Shown here: positions 12,301-25,003 of the stretch, in pieces
Layout of the letters: every line of letters begins with the position of its first letter
Position numbering within the stretch: position 1 is the stretch's first letter
Assembly: GCF_037042905.1 (NCBI RefSeq)
Contig: NC_087252.1
Location: forward strand, 27,034,001 to 27,098,000
Length of the DNA: 64,000 nt
Direction of reading: 5' to 3'
DNA from: Lytechinus pictus
Lineage: Eukaryota
Translations under genes and position numbers: made by a program
The notes under the pieces: model-generated
What the model was told of the DNA's origin: nothing
Seen by the model: only the letters and a program-made list of their open reading frames with translations
Database searches by the model: none

Positions 12301-15060
12301 GAAACCACATGAAGAAGTACATGATACTAACTGTACTTTTAGAACGAAGCATCACACACCCTAATTTCCTTATTTTCACATATAATTGACATCATTTTAA
12401 TCTGTATTTTTCTTGAGAGAAAGAGATGGAAAAGGCTACTTTAATCAGTGAATCGTTAAAAATTTGCTGAGAACTCTCTTTATAATTAGAACGAGACATA
12501 TATCACATCCCTAAGCCCATATGATTACAATTTGACCAATTAATCTTAATCCCTTTAAGGATTGATTTTTATTTAATTAAGTTGATTTCATTCAACAAAA
12601 TACAATACTATTTAGATTATTGTAGATTTTTCAGTCAAACATAAAAGTAGGCTAACTACATGTACGAATATAATTAAGCTTAAAGGTCATGTCTACCCCA
12701 GAAAATTATTGATTTGTATCAATAGAGAAATAAGAAACAAGCCAATTTCATCAAAAAACGGATGTAAAATAAGAAAGTTATGACACTTTGAAGTTTCGCT
12801 TATATTTGGCAAAACAATTACAATCATGTACAACTCAGTGATCAATATGCAATAAGACACGAGAAACAGAGAACAAACAAAATAGGTAAGTAAGGAGATA
12901 ATAAGAACGATATACCACACTGAGACGTTTTGGTTATAAATATTAAAATGACCAATCAATTTCAAAAGATGTCGCATAGAGACATATTTTACATGGTTAC
13001 AATTCGACAAATTAATTTCACTCCCTCCTGTTTGTGATTGCAACGAGACACATCATAGGGACTATATCACATTCTTTTTATTAAACCAATTAATTTCATT
13101 CCTACTGTATGTCTTGTTGCAATATTATCTCGTTATTTATAATGCACTAAAGAACCAATTATTGTACTTATCTAAACGCTTAAACAGATTCGGTCATCGG
13201 ATTTAAGCAATCATTTACGCAGACAGAAAGAAAAGTAAGAAAGAGGTATTATACCTATGATGTGTAATTTACAGCCTCGTAACGGCCGGCCCGACCCCGA
13301 AAGGAAACAAGAAAAAGGTGAGGGGAAGAATGGGAAAATAGACTTCATATAAAAATTTTCGCTCGCGCTTCACGCTCGAATTGCCTGTGTAATGAATCCC
13401 ATTCAATAGGATTAATTGACACTTCATATTTCCAGTTCTGAAATCAATTTCAATATTTTGTTTGATTTACACAAATTGTTATATCAAAATTTTTCAGCTC
13501 GCCCTCGCATTGTTTGATTTGTGAGATACCTATCCTCTTTGAAAATTCTTTCCAAAATTTGTCAAAATGCTCCTTTATCATGTCAGTATATCAAAAATTA
13601 GGCTTGTGCTTCGCGCTTGCATTTAAGCCTTAGTTGGTGAGTTGTTAACTTGTATGTGAATATGTTGTTCTATAAATAGGATCAGTATTATTTGATCAGT
13701 TTTAACCATATAGTTCAGTTTTTCAGTTCAGTTTGGTTTATTTCCATTGTAACTCAATTCAAGTAAACAATGAAGAACTCAAAGTATGCTATCAGTTTCG
13801 TTTTCAAGTTTCCTCTTCGAGAAATGAAGCATTTTGATACCATGTTTGTTTAAATGATGAAATCCTTATAAATTTTTAGCATAATGCTTAGCTGATTTAT
13901 CTCTATAATAAAATCAACCCTTTTCTGTGGTGGTCGTGTTTTTTTTACCTGACTGATATTATGTGTACTGTTTTATTGATCTTTTCCCAATAAGCTCAGG
14001 AAGTCAATGCATAGTTATTAATTTCTCAGAGTCAATGAGTCAATGGTAACAGCGCTTTCTTTGTTCTTAAAGAAACATGTTTCATCTATAATAGCGGAGA
14101 GTTAGTCGTTCTCAACCGTATGTGATATGAAAACTATTAATGAAATAGGTCTATCAACAAAATTGTCGTATCATTGACATAATGCTCAAATGTTTTGAAA
14201 TGTCATTACCAAACTGCATTAATTTCTTTTGATTTTTATATATTAACATTACCCCATTCAACTTTTCAAGATGTAAAATTAGCCTTTTTGTTCATGTTAT
14301 GAAATGATAATTTTCATAGTGTGAATCCAATTGTTTACAGAATGCTTAATTGAAAGATACAATTTCCAAAGTTAACTCTGATGTAATGCATAGAACATTT
14401 AATATCTAGTATAGTCAGATAGTCTTCCAAAGTATACATATAGCCTGAGTTTGTATATTATGCAGCCTCAAGAAATGCTCAGTACAAATAAAAGAATGTC
14501 TTGGCATAAAAAAGATATAAAAAAAAGATATAATAATTGATAATATTATTATTGTGGATATATAATAAATTACATTGTACACGCTTTTGAATTATATTTT
14601 TGTTGTATTGATACTTTCTTTTTTTCATAGTGTCTAATTTGCCCACCCCCAAACAAAATAATAACAAAAAACCAAGAATTAAAAGACAAAAATAGGCAAT
14701 TAAAAAACACATACATCTTAAAATTAAAAAATGATGTATAGACATAAACCAAAGAAATAAAAAGAAATAGAGAGAACAAAAGAAGAAGTGAATGAAAGTG
14801 AGGTGAGTGAAAGAAATTAAATGTTAACAATCCTGTTTTGGAACAAGCACGCCCTCAGTAGGCAACAATGGTGTATAAAGTGACAAAAACAATTGTTACA
14901 AACATGGAATATACCAGAAAATAATACAAGTACATTTTGTGCTGCGCTTTGTTTTACAAAAAATCCATGCCATTTTTCACACATAAAATGTGAAATTGTA
15001 GACGAATGCATATCAAAAGAGTAGACAAAATTAAAGGAAGGGTCCATGTGCTCGTTTTAA

Positions 15061-15644
15061 AGGGGAATCCAGCCTTGGCCACAAAATGTTGGGTTTGGAA
15101 GGAGAAAAATAAATTAAACAGAATGGTGAAAGTTTGAAAGAAATCGGACAAGCAATAAGAAAGTTATGGCTGCTTTAGAATTGAGATCACTAATACTATG
15201 TAGATTTCAAATTGGCAACTGGGTAAGTAAATTATGACAAGGGGCAAGGACAACTTCCCCATAGGCCATATACTTTATTATCAGGGATTTGTGGTTTTCT
15301 CCTAAGTACCCAATCCCCTGGGGCAGTAATCTAAATATAACCCACGTAGTATTTTGTTTTATGTCCTCATGAAACAAAAATATAATCTGAAATAAAACTT
15401 TTGGGAAAAATGACATTTTAGCCATAATATGTATTGGAGTACATGGAAGAGTAGTCCTTGCCTTACATCACTATGACATCCCGTGGCCAATTTGAAGTCT
15501 CCATGGTATAGTGATTACCATACAACTTTTAAAAATTCATAACTTTTTTGTTGTTTGTCCAATATTGTTCAAACTTTCACCTATCAACTTGTTTGATTTT
15601 TCTTTTCCTTATAAAAACAAGTTTTTATTTGGGTTGGATTCCCT
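15061..15644. mobile_element. TTAA-inserting MITE (Kolobok-like)
   Basis: TTAA|AGGGGAATCCAGCC ... GGTTGGATTCCCT termini; subterminal motifs similar to the other TTAAAGG elements. Confidence 0.7.
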
Positions 15645-15739
15645 TGTATCAGCTAGTGTTAAAAAACTTGCGAGTTGGCTTAAAACCACACAAAATGGGC
15701 AAAAAAAATCGCAAAAGTCTGTAAAAATCTCGTCTAAAA

Positions 15740-16800
15740 TAATTTTCTGAATGGCTCTGTATTTATTTCCCCAAAGATTCAAAATCCACGCCATATTCAG
15801 CAAAATCTCTAGATTAGTAGAGGAATTATACGGAAGAGAATAAAACATTGAAAATATAGGGATCATGTACTCATTTTCAAACTCATTGTCCAAACAGTTG
15901 CGAATTGACTTAAAACCACACGTAATGCGCCACAAAATAGCAAAATCTGGAAATGCCGTCTAAAACACGAATAGTTTCATATTTATCCTCCCAACATTCA
16001 AAATCCATGTTTATTCATCATAATCTCTAGATTTATAGCGGAAAAACCAGCAAAACATCGGTGTACAATACTAAAAAAAAAGAATATATATATTTTTTAA
16101 ATTAACAAACCACAACTCAAGTTTTCTCTCTTAAAGTTTACTGTGAAAATCACCAGAATTTAATAAATAAAAAAATACAATAGGTAAGCCTATACAAAAG
16201 TACAAAAGAAAAAAAATGAAAAAAGAAACAAAATTACAAAACAACGTAAGAAAAAAAGGAAGAATATATTTATTTTTTTAATTAACAAACCACAACTCTA
16301 GTTTTCTCTCTTAAAGTTTACTGTGAAAATCACCAGAATTTAATTAATAAAAAAATACAATAGGTAAGCCTATACAAAAGAACAAAAGAAAAAAAAGGAA
16401 AAAAAGGAAACAAAAAAAAGAAGTGACAAGAAAAGAAGAATAAAAAAGAGAAAAGAAGAAGAAGAAAAAAAAAACATAAAAAAGGAAAGTATTTAAACAT
16501 TACAAGGACAGAAAATGAGCTATGCCTATATTATACGAATTGCTTCATATTTATCCTCCCAAACATTCAAAATCCATGTCATATTCATTATAATGTCTAG
16601 ATTTATAGAGGAAAAACCAGCAAAAACATTAGTGTACAATACAAAAAAAAGAGTATATACATGTATATTTTTTAATTAACAAACCACAACTCCAGTTTTC
16701 TCTCTTATAGTTTACTGTGAAAATTGCAAGAATTTAATTAATAAAAAATTCAGTAGGTAAGCCTATACAAAAGTATAAAAGAAAAAAAATGAAAAAAGAA
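15740..16800 (+). repeat. Degenerate A-rich tandem repeat (~180-250 bp units)
   Basis: AATTAACAAACCACAACTC..GTTTTCTCTCTTA.AGTTTACTGTGAAAAT recurs at about 16100, 16280 and 16675; TTCAAAATCCA block recurs at about 15778, 15997 and 16566. Confidence 0.8.
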
Positions 16801-16811
16801 ACACCGCTGCC

Positions 16812-16964
16812 TGTATCCTCGTATCCATGTATCCACTTCAGTACGTATCCAAGTATCCAATAGTATCCACGTATCCGCGTATCCATGTATCCACGTACAG
16901 TATCTAGTATCCAAGTATCCAATAGTATCCACGTATCCGCGTATCCACGTATCCATGTATCCAC
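16812..16964 (-). repeat. Inverted copy of the GGATAC minisatellite
   Basis: (GTATCCA(T/C/A))n, the reverse complement of the 11430-12300 units, including the TACTATTGGA variant. Confidence 0.95.
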
Positions 16965-17517
16965 TTCTATCGCAAGGACCTAAGTTAAAAAAAAGGTTAG
17001 TAAAACAAGGACATCGTATCCGTTGTTTTTACATTGGATTCTAAAGGTAAGCCTTAACATTGTATAATTTTATTGGGTTTATGGTCAAGAAATTATTTAA
17101 AAATCAACCATAACTAATATGCAATTTCTTTTGCAAAAATACATTGTATATAAAGAAATTAATTTATTGTGTACACATGCTATTTTTGCCTATTATCCTA
17201 ACATGATGGTGGGTATATATCTGCTGTGTTTATCTGATTTAAGGTATAAAACAGTTCAAAGGAAATTCAGCATTAGACTAAGTAATAATTTTAAAATTAT
17301 TCATACATTGTTGGTCTGAATATCTCTGACCTGTGTCATTTGACCTTCAAGATCTGTAACAAAACTAAGTAAATATATTACCTTCATCCTAAAGAATTGT
17401 AGAAATCACATTTTCTGTTTTTTACCCAATAGCCAAATTGAAATTAAGAACAACTGTGAAGAAAATATATGTCAATATGGAAGATTTTTTGTGAAAAGGA
17501 AAGAATTTAGACAATTT

Positions 17518-18822
17518 AGACTGTAGGCGCCGCTTTTCCGATGGCGGCGGCGTCAACACCAAATCTTAACCGAAGGTTAAGTTTTTGAAATGACAGCATA
17601 ACTTAGAAAGTATATGGACCTGGGTCATGAAACTTGGCCATAAGGTTAATCAAGTATACTATTACTAAACATCCTGCCTGAGTTTCAGGTCACATGACCA
17701 AGATCAAAGGTCATTTAGGGTCAATGAACTTAGACCACGTTGGGGGAAGCAACATCAAAATCTTTAAACCTAAGGTTAAGTTTTTGAAATGTCATCATAA
17801 CTTAGAAAATATGTGGACCTAGTTCATGAAACTTGGACATAAGGTTAATCAAGTATTACTGAACATCCTGCTTGAGTTTCAGGTTACATGACCAAGGTCA
17901 AAGGTCATTTAGGGTCAATGAACTTTGGCCAAATTGGGGGTATCTGTTGAATTTACCATCATAACTTTGAAAGTTTATTGATCTGATTCATGAAACTTGG
18001 GCATAACTTCACTGAACATCCTCTGCGTATTTCAGGTCACATGACCGAGGTCAAAGGTCAATGAACTTTGGCCATAATGGGGGTATCTGTTGAATTACCA
18101 TCATAATTTCGAAAGTTTATGGATCTGATTCATAAAACTTGGACATAAGAGTAATCAAGTATCACTTAACATCCTGTGCGAGTTTCAGGTCACATGATCA
18201 AGGTCAAAGGTCATGTACATGTAAGGTCAATGAACTTTGGCCAAGTTGGGGGTAATTTGTTGAAATACCATCATAACTTTGAAAGTTTCTTGGTCTAGTT
18301 CATAAAACTTGGACATATTAAAAGTAATCAAGTATCACTGAACATCATGTGCGAGTTTCAGGTCACATGACCAACATCAAAGGTCAATGAACTTTGGCCA
18401 TGTGGGGGTATCTGTTGAATTACCATCATAACTTTGAAAGTTTATGGATCTGATTCAACTTGGACATAAGAGTCATCAAGTATCACTGAACATCTCATGC
18501 GAGTTTTAGGTCACATGACCAAAGTCAAAGGTCATTTAAGGTCATTGAACTTAGGCCATTTTAGAGGTAATTATTAGATTTTTGTCATAACTTTCAAAGT
18601 TTATAGATATAGTGTATAAAATGTGGATATAGGGTAATCAAGTATCACTGACAAGTTTTAGGTCACATGATCAAGGTCCAATGTCAATGAACGTAGTATT
18701 GTATCATTATATGAATGGTGTTTTTTGTGAATAATTATTTAAATAGTGTTTTTCAAAGTCAGCACTGCTGCTATATTGAATCATGTGATGCAGGTGAGAC
18801 CGCCAGAGGCATTCCTCTTGTT
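17518..18822 (+). mobile_element. HINE/DINE-1-like (Helentron-associated) element with tandem core repeats, 5'-truncated
   Basis: Same family as 56886-58352: GGC microsatellite, ~160-180 bp core repeats, 3' subTIR GCAGGTGAGAC ending ...CTTGTT. Confidence 0.8.
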
Positions 18823-19634
18823 ATATTTCTTTTTCAATATTTTTTACCTTTGTTTTTTGTTTTACATACATACATGTTACAATGACCTTTGCCAAACTTA
18901 TTTTTCATCAATTAACAGTAAAGAGGAATGTTCTAGCTTTAATTTATACCAAATTTGTAGTTGGAAGTCACATTTTCACAAAAATATTACATGTATGCTT
19001 TTATTACCCAAAATAGCATGAAATATTGAGAATCCCCATTGACTTTGTACAGGTGGCACCGCTTCCGGCACCACCCCTGGTGCTCTGTCTTCAAAGACGG
19101 AGCACCAGAACTAAAGTTCTGTTTATTCTGGAGCAATGAAACTTTCTAGATTATTAGCCAATGAATTCAGCTTCAAATAATACCAAACTTGTTGGCACAA
19201 CTCCTTTGATTTTGAAAATATGTAGGAATGATTGTAAAAATTAACCAAAATATGTAACAGCACTGGATCACCCTTTTTGGTGGGCAAACTCATGACACAT
19301 GACCTTATGTAATTTAAGGCCAATTTACATTTTTCAAAGTCTTTATTTTCTCAAAATATCAAAATATGGTACAAAGATAGCCAATTAGTGGTTTTGGTGA
19401 TCAGTAGCAACTATGGAAAGCCAGCAAAGTCATCATATAAAATGCAGTGTAAAAAAAAAATTCTAGATATGAATTCATAAATTCATTGATTTCTTGACAA
19501 TTTGGTGTGCTCTCCTTTGTTTACAAAGGACATTTTGCGAATTTCCTGTAGAAAAAATTATGACACTGATGGATTTCCATAGAGTTACGACTGATTGGAT
19601 CAATCGTAACTCTTTGTAAGATAGGGCCCTGCAG

Positions 19635-20046
19635 ACTGTCTTACAAAGAGTTACGATTGATCCAGTCAATCTCAACTGTATGGAAATCCATCCATTCCTA
19701 ATTTCTCCTTTGAGTAGTAAGCAAAGAGAGTCACACTGAATCTTCAAGAGAATGATGAATGCATGAATGTACATGTATACCAGTGTTGTAGTGCCTTGAT
19801 GCTCGGCCTTGGCCTTAAGGCGCCTTAAGGCCTACTTTTTCAAAGCCTTGGCCTTGAACATTCAAGCCTTGGCCTTGAGAGGGCCTTGGCCTTGAGGATT
19901 TTGAGCCTTGACTACAACACTGAAATTGTATAAATCATATCTAGAAAATATTTTGAACAAATTTACGTATTTATGTTGATGTTGCTGGCCGGCCGTCCAT
20001 AGTTGTGATTGATCGGATCAATCGTAACTCTTTGTAAGACGGGGCC
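19635..20046. mobile_element. Harbinger-like MITE (CTTACAAAGAGTTACGATTGATCC family) with a nested CAGTGTTGTAGT..ACTACAACACTG MITE at 19781-19922
   Basis: Subterminal inverted repeats shared with 30527-30803 and 61735-62449; the nested element has 12-bp TIRs and GGCCTT repeats. Confidence 0.7.
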
Positions 20047-20048
20047 CT

Positions 20049-20216
20049 GGGCCCTGTTGTATAAAGGTTATAGGCCTACCGTTATGGTAACTTTGCCGTG
20101 TACCGGGGTAGGCCTAATGTTCTTGCAAAACATCCTTGATTCTGATTGGCTGTTGATAAGAATTACCATGGCAAATAGTTACGGTCTCATAAAAGTAACT
20201 TTTATGCAACGGGCCC
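20049..20216. mobile_element. Short Harbinger-like MITE
   Basis: GGGCCCTGTTGTATAAA ... TTTATGCAACGGGCCC imperfect TIRs, adjacent to a CTG site. Confidence 0.65.
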
Positions 20217-20694
20217 TGATCATTTTCCTTTTATGCTGTAGTTTTCCTTTGGGGAGATCATATGTGAATCCAAAAACAGGAAAGTTGTATTCAAAGAAAA
20301 TGTTGCTAGTTGAGAAATTTTTCATTGGCAATTTGGCAATTACTTGGAAAAATGTCCTTATTATAGATCAAGATGTTAAAAATGCTTTTTTGAAAGTTCC
20401 TACACAGCAAATTTACAAGATTGCAATGTCCCACTAGTTGAAGACAAATTTAAAAACTACCATCAAGTTCCTTGTGTGCCATGGATAATCATGCAATATC
20501 AGAATAAAAAACACCAGAAAATATCTAGAGTATATGTATGCAGAGTTCTGTAAGAATGGGAGCTCTGATCATTCAAACTTTGCATGTACATGTACCCCAT
20601 ACATGTACATGATACCCCTTTTACGCACTGCTAGGAATCAATATTACTCTGCTTGTTCTCAAATGACATTTAAAAAATACAGGTACACTGAAAG

Positions 20695-20768
20695 CATGGA
20701 CCTACTACTCTGAATGGACATTCATCGAGCAGCTCTGACTATATCCATGGACCTGTAGTAGGTCCATG
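20695..20768. mobile_element. 74-bp micro-MITE, P-element-like
   Basis: 14-bp perfect TIR CATGGACCTACTAC / GTAGTAGGTCCATG; exact 7-bp TSD CTGAAAG (20688-20694, 20769-20775). Confidence 0.8.
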
Positions 20769-20903
20769 CTGAAAGTAATCAGAGTTACTTTTAAGTCACC
20801 CATAAAACTATCAATCACATGTGTAATGAAATGTAAATGGTTGTTCTGTGAGAGAGAGGCAAATCATTGTAGTGTAATGATTTCTATGTAATTTGTGGCT
20901 TAA

Positions 20904-21507
20904 AGGACAAGTCCACCCCAACAAAAAGTTGATTTGAATAAAGAGAGAAAAATCCAACAAGCATAAAACTGAAAATTTCATCAAAATTGGATGTAAAATA
21001 AGAAAGTTATGACATTTCAAAGTTTCGCTTAATTTCACAAAACAGTTATATGCACATCCTGGTCGGTATGCAAATGAGGAGTCTGATGACGTCATCCACT
21101 CACTATTTCTTTTGTATTTTATTGTATGAAATATGAAATATTCTAATTTTCTCCTCATGGTCAAGTGAAGCAGCGATTAATTCCTCCCTGATCATGTGGA
21201 ATTAGCATCGTTTAATACTATATGATTCAGCCAACGTGGTCCTTATTGTCAAATCTGTAAAAAAATGAAATATTGTATTTATAATTCAAACAATAAAAAA
21301 AAAAAAGTGAGTGATGGACATCATCGACTGACTCATTTGCATGACACTGAGTTGTGCGTATCACTGTTTTGTGAAAAATAAGTGAAACGTTAAAATGCCA
21401 TACCTTATTTATTTTACATCCGATTTTGATGAAATTCTCAGTGTTATGCTTGTTTAGATTTTTCTCTTTTTATTCAAATCAACATTTTCCTGGGGTGGAC
21501 TTGACCT
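20904..21507. mobile_element. Kolobok-like MITE (AGGACAAGTCCACCCCA family)
   Basis: TTAA|AGGACAAGTCCACCCCA ... TGGGGTGGACTTGACCT|TTGA with long imperfect TIRs; related copies or fragments at ~4565, ~12680, ~47197 and 60609. Confidence 0.85.
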
Positions 21508-22639
21508 TTGAACTATAAGCTGAACTGCCATGACATGTTACCTTGCTTTAATATAGGAAAATCAAACACTTGAAACCAGTTGAATTCATATATGAAATTA
21601 AAAAAACCAAAGAAACAGATCGGTGAATTTGCAGGGAAGTTGATCAATAAACTTTATCGCATTTGAATATTGAGAAAACAACTTGCCCACTATACATATT
21701 TCACTAAATTCTGTCTTTTGAGTGGACGGAGGTTTCACATCATATCTTGGATGAATTGTTTGTTGTTTGTTAAAATGAGCAAGAAAGAGACATTTTGGGG
21801 TATGTTTTCAGTGAGCAAAGGGGAGAGTTGTACATGTGTGACATCATCTATCTTTTTCGCATTGCAAATTGGAGGATCTCCATAGCAAATCTTGACGTTC
21901 ATATGCTCATAACCTTTTATTGCTTCTTCAATTCTACTAAAACTTTCATTGATCTCATTCTTTGATTTTTCAGCTTATAAAGCCAGTTTTCTTGCTCTAA
22001 GGGTTTAATTTGAAAAGGCAATCCAAGTCTTGGGTTTGACTTTCATTAATAATGTCATTGAAAATGAGCTGATTATTAAGGATATTGTGCATGGCATTGT
22101 GAGTGCCCTTGTCCACATTATTGTCTTTCACATCTCTGATTGTGCCAAGGAAAATTAAAATTGCAAAAGTTCATCACAGTCATCATCCGCAAACCATTAT
22201 ATGGACAGAGCTTCCCCAATCAGACAACCTAAATTTTCAATAGCTCTTGTTAAATTTGGTGGGTGGCATGGTAACCGATACTGTGCGTAGGAGTGATGCG
22301 ACTTGAATCGAATGCACAACATTTCAGCAATTCTGCATTGTGTTTGCCTCGTTAAAATGTTTTTAATATAAATTAAGTCGTCTGTATGTTACGATTTGCG
22401 CATGCGCCACTCAGTTTCTGAAGTACCACTCCTAGGGCATGTCAAAAGTACTTGTGTAACCAATATGTCGAGCTCAGCTAGCGGAAGCGAGGGATCTGCA
22501 TGATTTACTCTGCAACCTACGTGAAATTTGTCTTTCGTTTATGCCTTTCAAAGACAATCTGTCACATGAAATGGAGATCAAAATGACTATAATGTGTACA
22601 TTGTTCAGCCATGTTCTTCCTCGACTTGTCTTCCGCTTT

Positions 22640-23842
22640 CGATACCGCCAATCATACTTTTCTACTTTAATACACTCAGTTCATTTGGTGTTAGGGGTCA
22701 GGCATATGAATGGTTTCAGTCTTATCTTTCCTGTCACATGCAGATTGTCTGTATTAATGACTGCAAATCTAGTAGTATGCCTCTTTCTCACGGTGTACCG
22801 CAGGGTTCTGTGGGCGGGCCCACTTCATTTTTGATTTACTTGATTAGTTTGGGACTTTATACCGTACGATGCCATAATATCAATTATCATGATGATGACA
22901 TCCAACTCTATCTCTCCTTCAAACCAAACCACGCTGAAACAATAAATGCAATCACCCTTCTTATTGAGAATTGTTTAGCTGACATTCACTCCTGGCTGGA
23001 TAGTCATTCATTGAAATTGAATCCCTCCAAAACAGTTCCTTTTCTTTTGGTTCAAGAGCTCAACTTAGTAAGGTCAAGTTTTCATCTGTCTCTTTTTCGG
23101 GATGTACCATTAACGTGTCGTAACCTAGGGGTCATGTTAGATTGTGGATTGTCTATGTCAAATCAAATAACCAACATCTGTAGATCTGTCAGGTATCAGC
23201 TCCGTAATATTGGGTTCGTCAGAAAATATTTGTCAAAATCTGCTACTGAAAAATTAGTTCATGCACTGATTTCTTCACGACTTGATTTCGGGAATGCCTT
23301 GCTTTACAATTTACCCAACACCCAGTTGTCTAAACTCCAAAAGCTCCAGAACGCTGCAGCACGTTTGGTCACCCTATCAAAGAAACATGTTCATATCACA
23401 CCCATTCTGAAATCTCTTCATTGGTTAAAGGGCAACGATCGCATCATCTTCAAAATCCTTCTCCTTGTATTCCATGCAGTTAACGGCTCTGCTCCACAGT
23501 ACAATATTAATCTAATCAACAAGTACACTCCTGTCAGGTCCCTACGTTCATCCAACTATGGTTCCCTAGTTATTCCCAAATCTGTGAAGACATGAGGGAT
23601 TTGGGCTTTTGCTCACCTTGGCCCTGTTCTCTGGAATGATCTTCCCCTGGTACTCCGTGAATGCACTTCCATTGACACATTTAACCGTTACCGTAAGACT
23701 CGTCTATTCAATGCTTCCTACTCTTAATTGTTCCTGAATGTATTACTATTATATTTGTACTTTTCTCTTTCTTTCTTTCACTGCGCCTTGGGCACCCTGC
23801 CGAGTGGATTTGGCACATTACAAATCACAAATATTATTATTT
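22640..23842 (+). mobile_element. 5'-truncated, degenerate CR1/L2-clade LINE (reverse transcriptase C-terminal half plus 3' tail)
   Basis: ORF 22594-23595 has GVPQGSVGGP, a broken YADD (YHDDDIQLY), SRLDFGNALL, KLQNAAARLV and HITPILKSLHWL; ends in a (TAT)n tail. Confidence 0.92.
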
Positions 23843-23874
23843 TTGTATGGGGTTCTATAATTTCAAGTGATTTA

Positions 23875-24410
23875 ATCGGATAATAGTAAACAAATATATC
23901 AGGCTTTGAGAAAGTATAGTGGAATTATTTATCCGAGGTTGGTCTGGCAATTACTATTTTTCCCCGAGGGGCGAGGCCCCGAGGGAAATATAGTAGTTTT
24001 GCCAGTCCAACCGAGGATTAATAATTCCCACTATGCTTTCGAATGAAACGCCTGATATATTTGTTTTATATCCTACTTTTTATAATTTGAATAACCAAAA
24101 TCTATGCGCTGAGCATGCAAAGTCCTGTTACTTGCGTTGAATTACCTACTTTTCTCCGAGCCACCGCGCTCAGTGGAACGCAGATTAGTGTCTGCGCTGA
24201 CGCATCGCGCTGGACTTGCCCGGGAGAGAGAGCGCGCAAGCCGGTGCGCCGAGATATCCAGTTTTGTGAAATAATGACGTCAGAATATTGGTATATCCAA
24301 AAATATATTGAGGCCTGACGTCACGCAACATCATAGTTGAAATATATTCGGTCACATGATGCTACTTGAACCAATCACTATACAGGATTTACTCTATGTA
24401 GGATATAAAC
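23875..24410. mobile_element. Asymmetric-hairpin non-autonomous element (Crypton-like, tentative)
   Basis: Long left hairpin centred on CCGAGGGGCGAGGCCCCGAGGG; TTTATATCCTAC (~24065) is complementary to terminal GTAGGATATAAA (~24398); reversed partial copy at ~42710-42860. Confidence 0.55.
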
Positions 24411-24687
24411 ACTGATAGTTCTGTTTACGATTACAGAAATTTATAAAAAATAGCCTAAACTCTGTTTCGAAGCTGTGCACTGGAAGTCCTGGAACACAGC
24501 ACACTTTTGTGTACATGGGACAATAATAACTAGATTATTAAAGTCTGCTTAATTTTTTTTTTATCTTGCCCTATATTTTAAATGATTCCTGGACGTTGCA
24601 TGGAAATATTGATTGCAAATACATCCAGGCCGAATGTAGCCTACGATCACAGCAGCAACTGTTGTGAAGACCAACAAAACACTTAGA

Positions 24688-25003
24688 TGAACTGTGTGTG
24701 GTCTCTCATTGACTGTGTGTTACAGAGTAGTCTTTATAATTTATATATGTTTTCAAATATCTACTAATACTACAGAGAATGAATTGAACTTAGTATTATT
24801 GTATTTGTATAGAGAATTAAATGTGTTTAGAGGAAAAGTAATTGTTTTGCTACTTGGTTTATTGTAATGTATTGAGTAGTTAATTATAAACATGTTATCA
24901 TTCAAGTGGGTACTAGACTACACTAGCATTATGGGTCAAGAAACTGGCTAGATATGAAAAGTTGAGGACTCGAGATGGCGCTATTGGTTAGTATCTGCTT
25001 TAA
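24688..25003 (+). repeat. Dispersed repeat; second copy at ~51154-51498
   Basis: Both copies share GAACTGTGTGTGGTCTCTCATTGACTGTGTGTTA ... GAGATGGCGCTA. Confidence 0.85.

Noticed and set aside
20009..20437. 142-aa ORF
   Set aside because: It spans two MITEs and flanking DNA; no recognisable domain or exon boundaries.
22080..22270. Possible second, older LINE reverse transcriptase fragment (KIKIAKV-like)
   Set aside because: Too degenerate to support without an alignment search.
22594..23595. 333-aa ORF as an intact or domesticated reverse transcriptase gene
   Set aside because: It is 5'-truncated, the YADD motif is damaged, there is an apparently frame-shifted patch, and it stops before homology ends; this is a dead LINE fragment.
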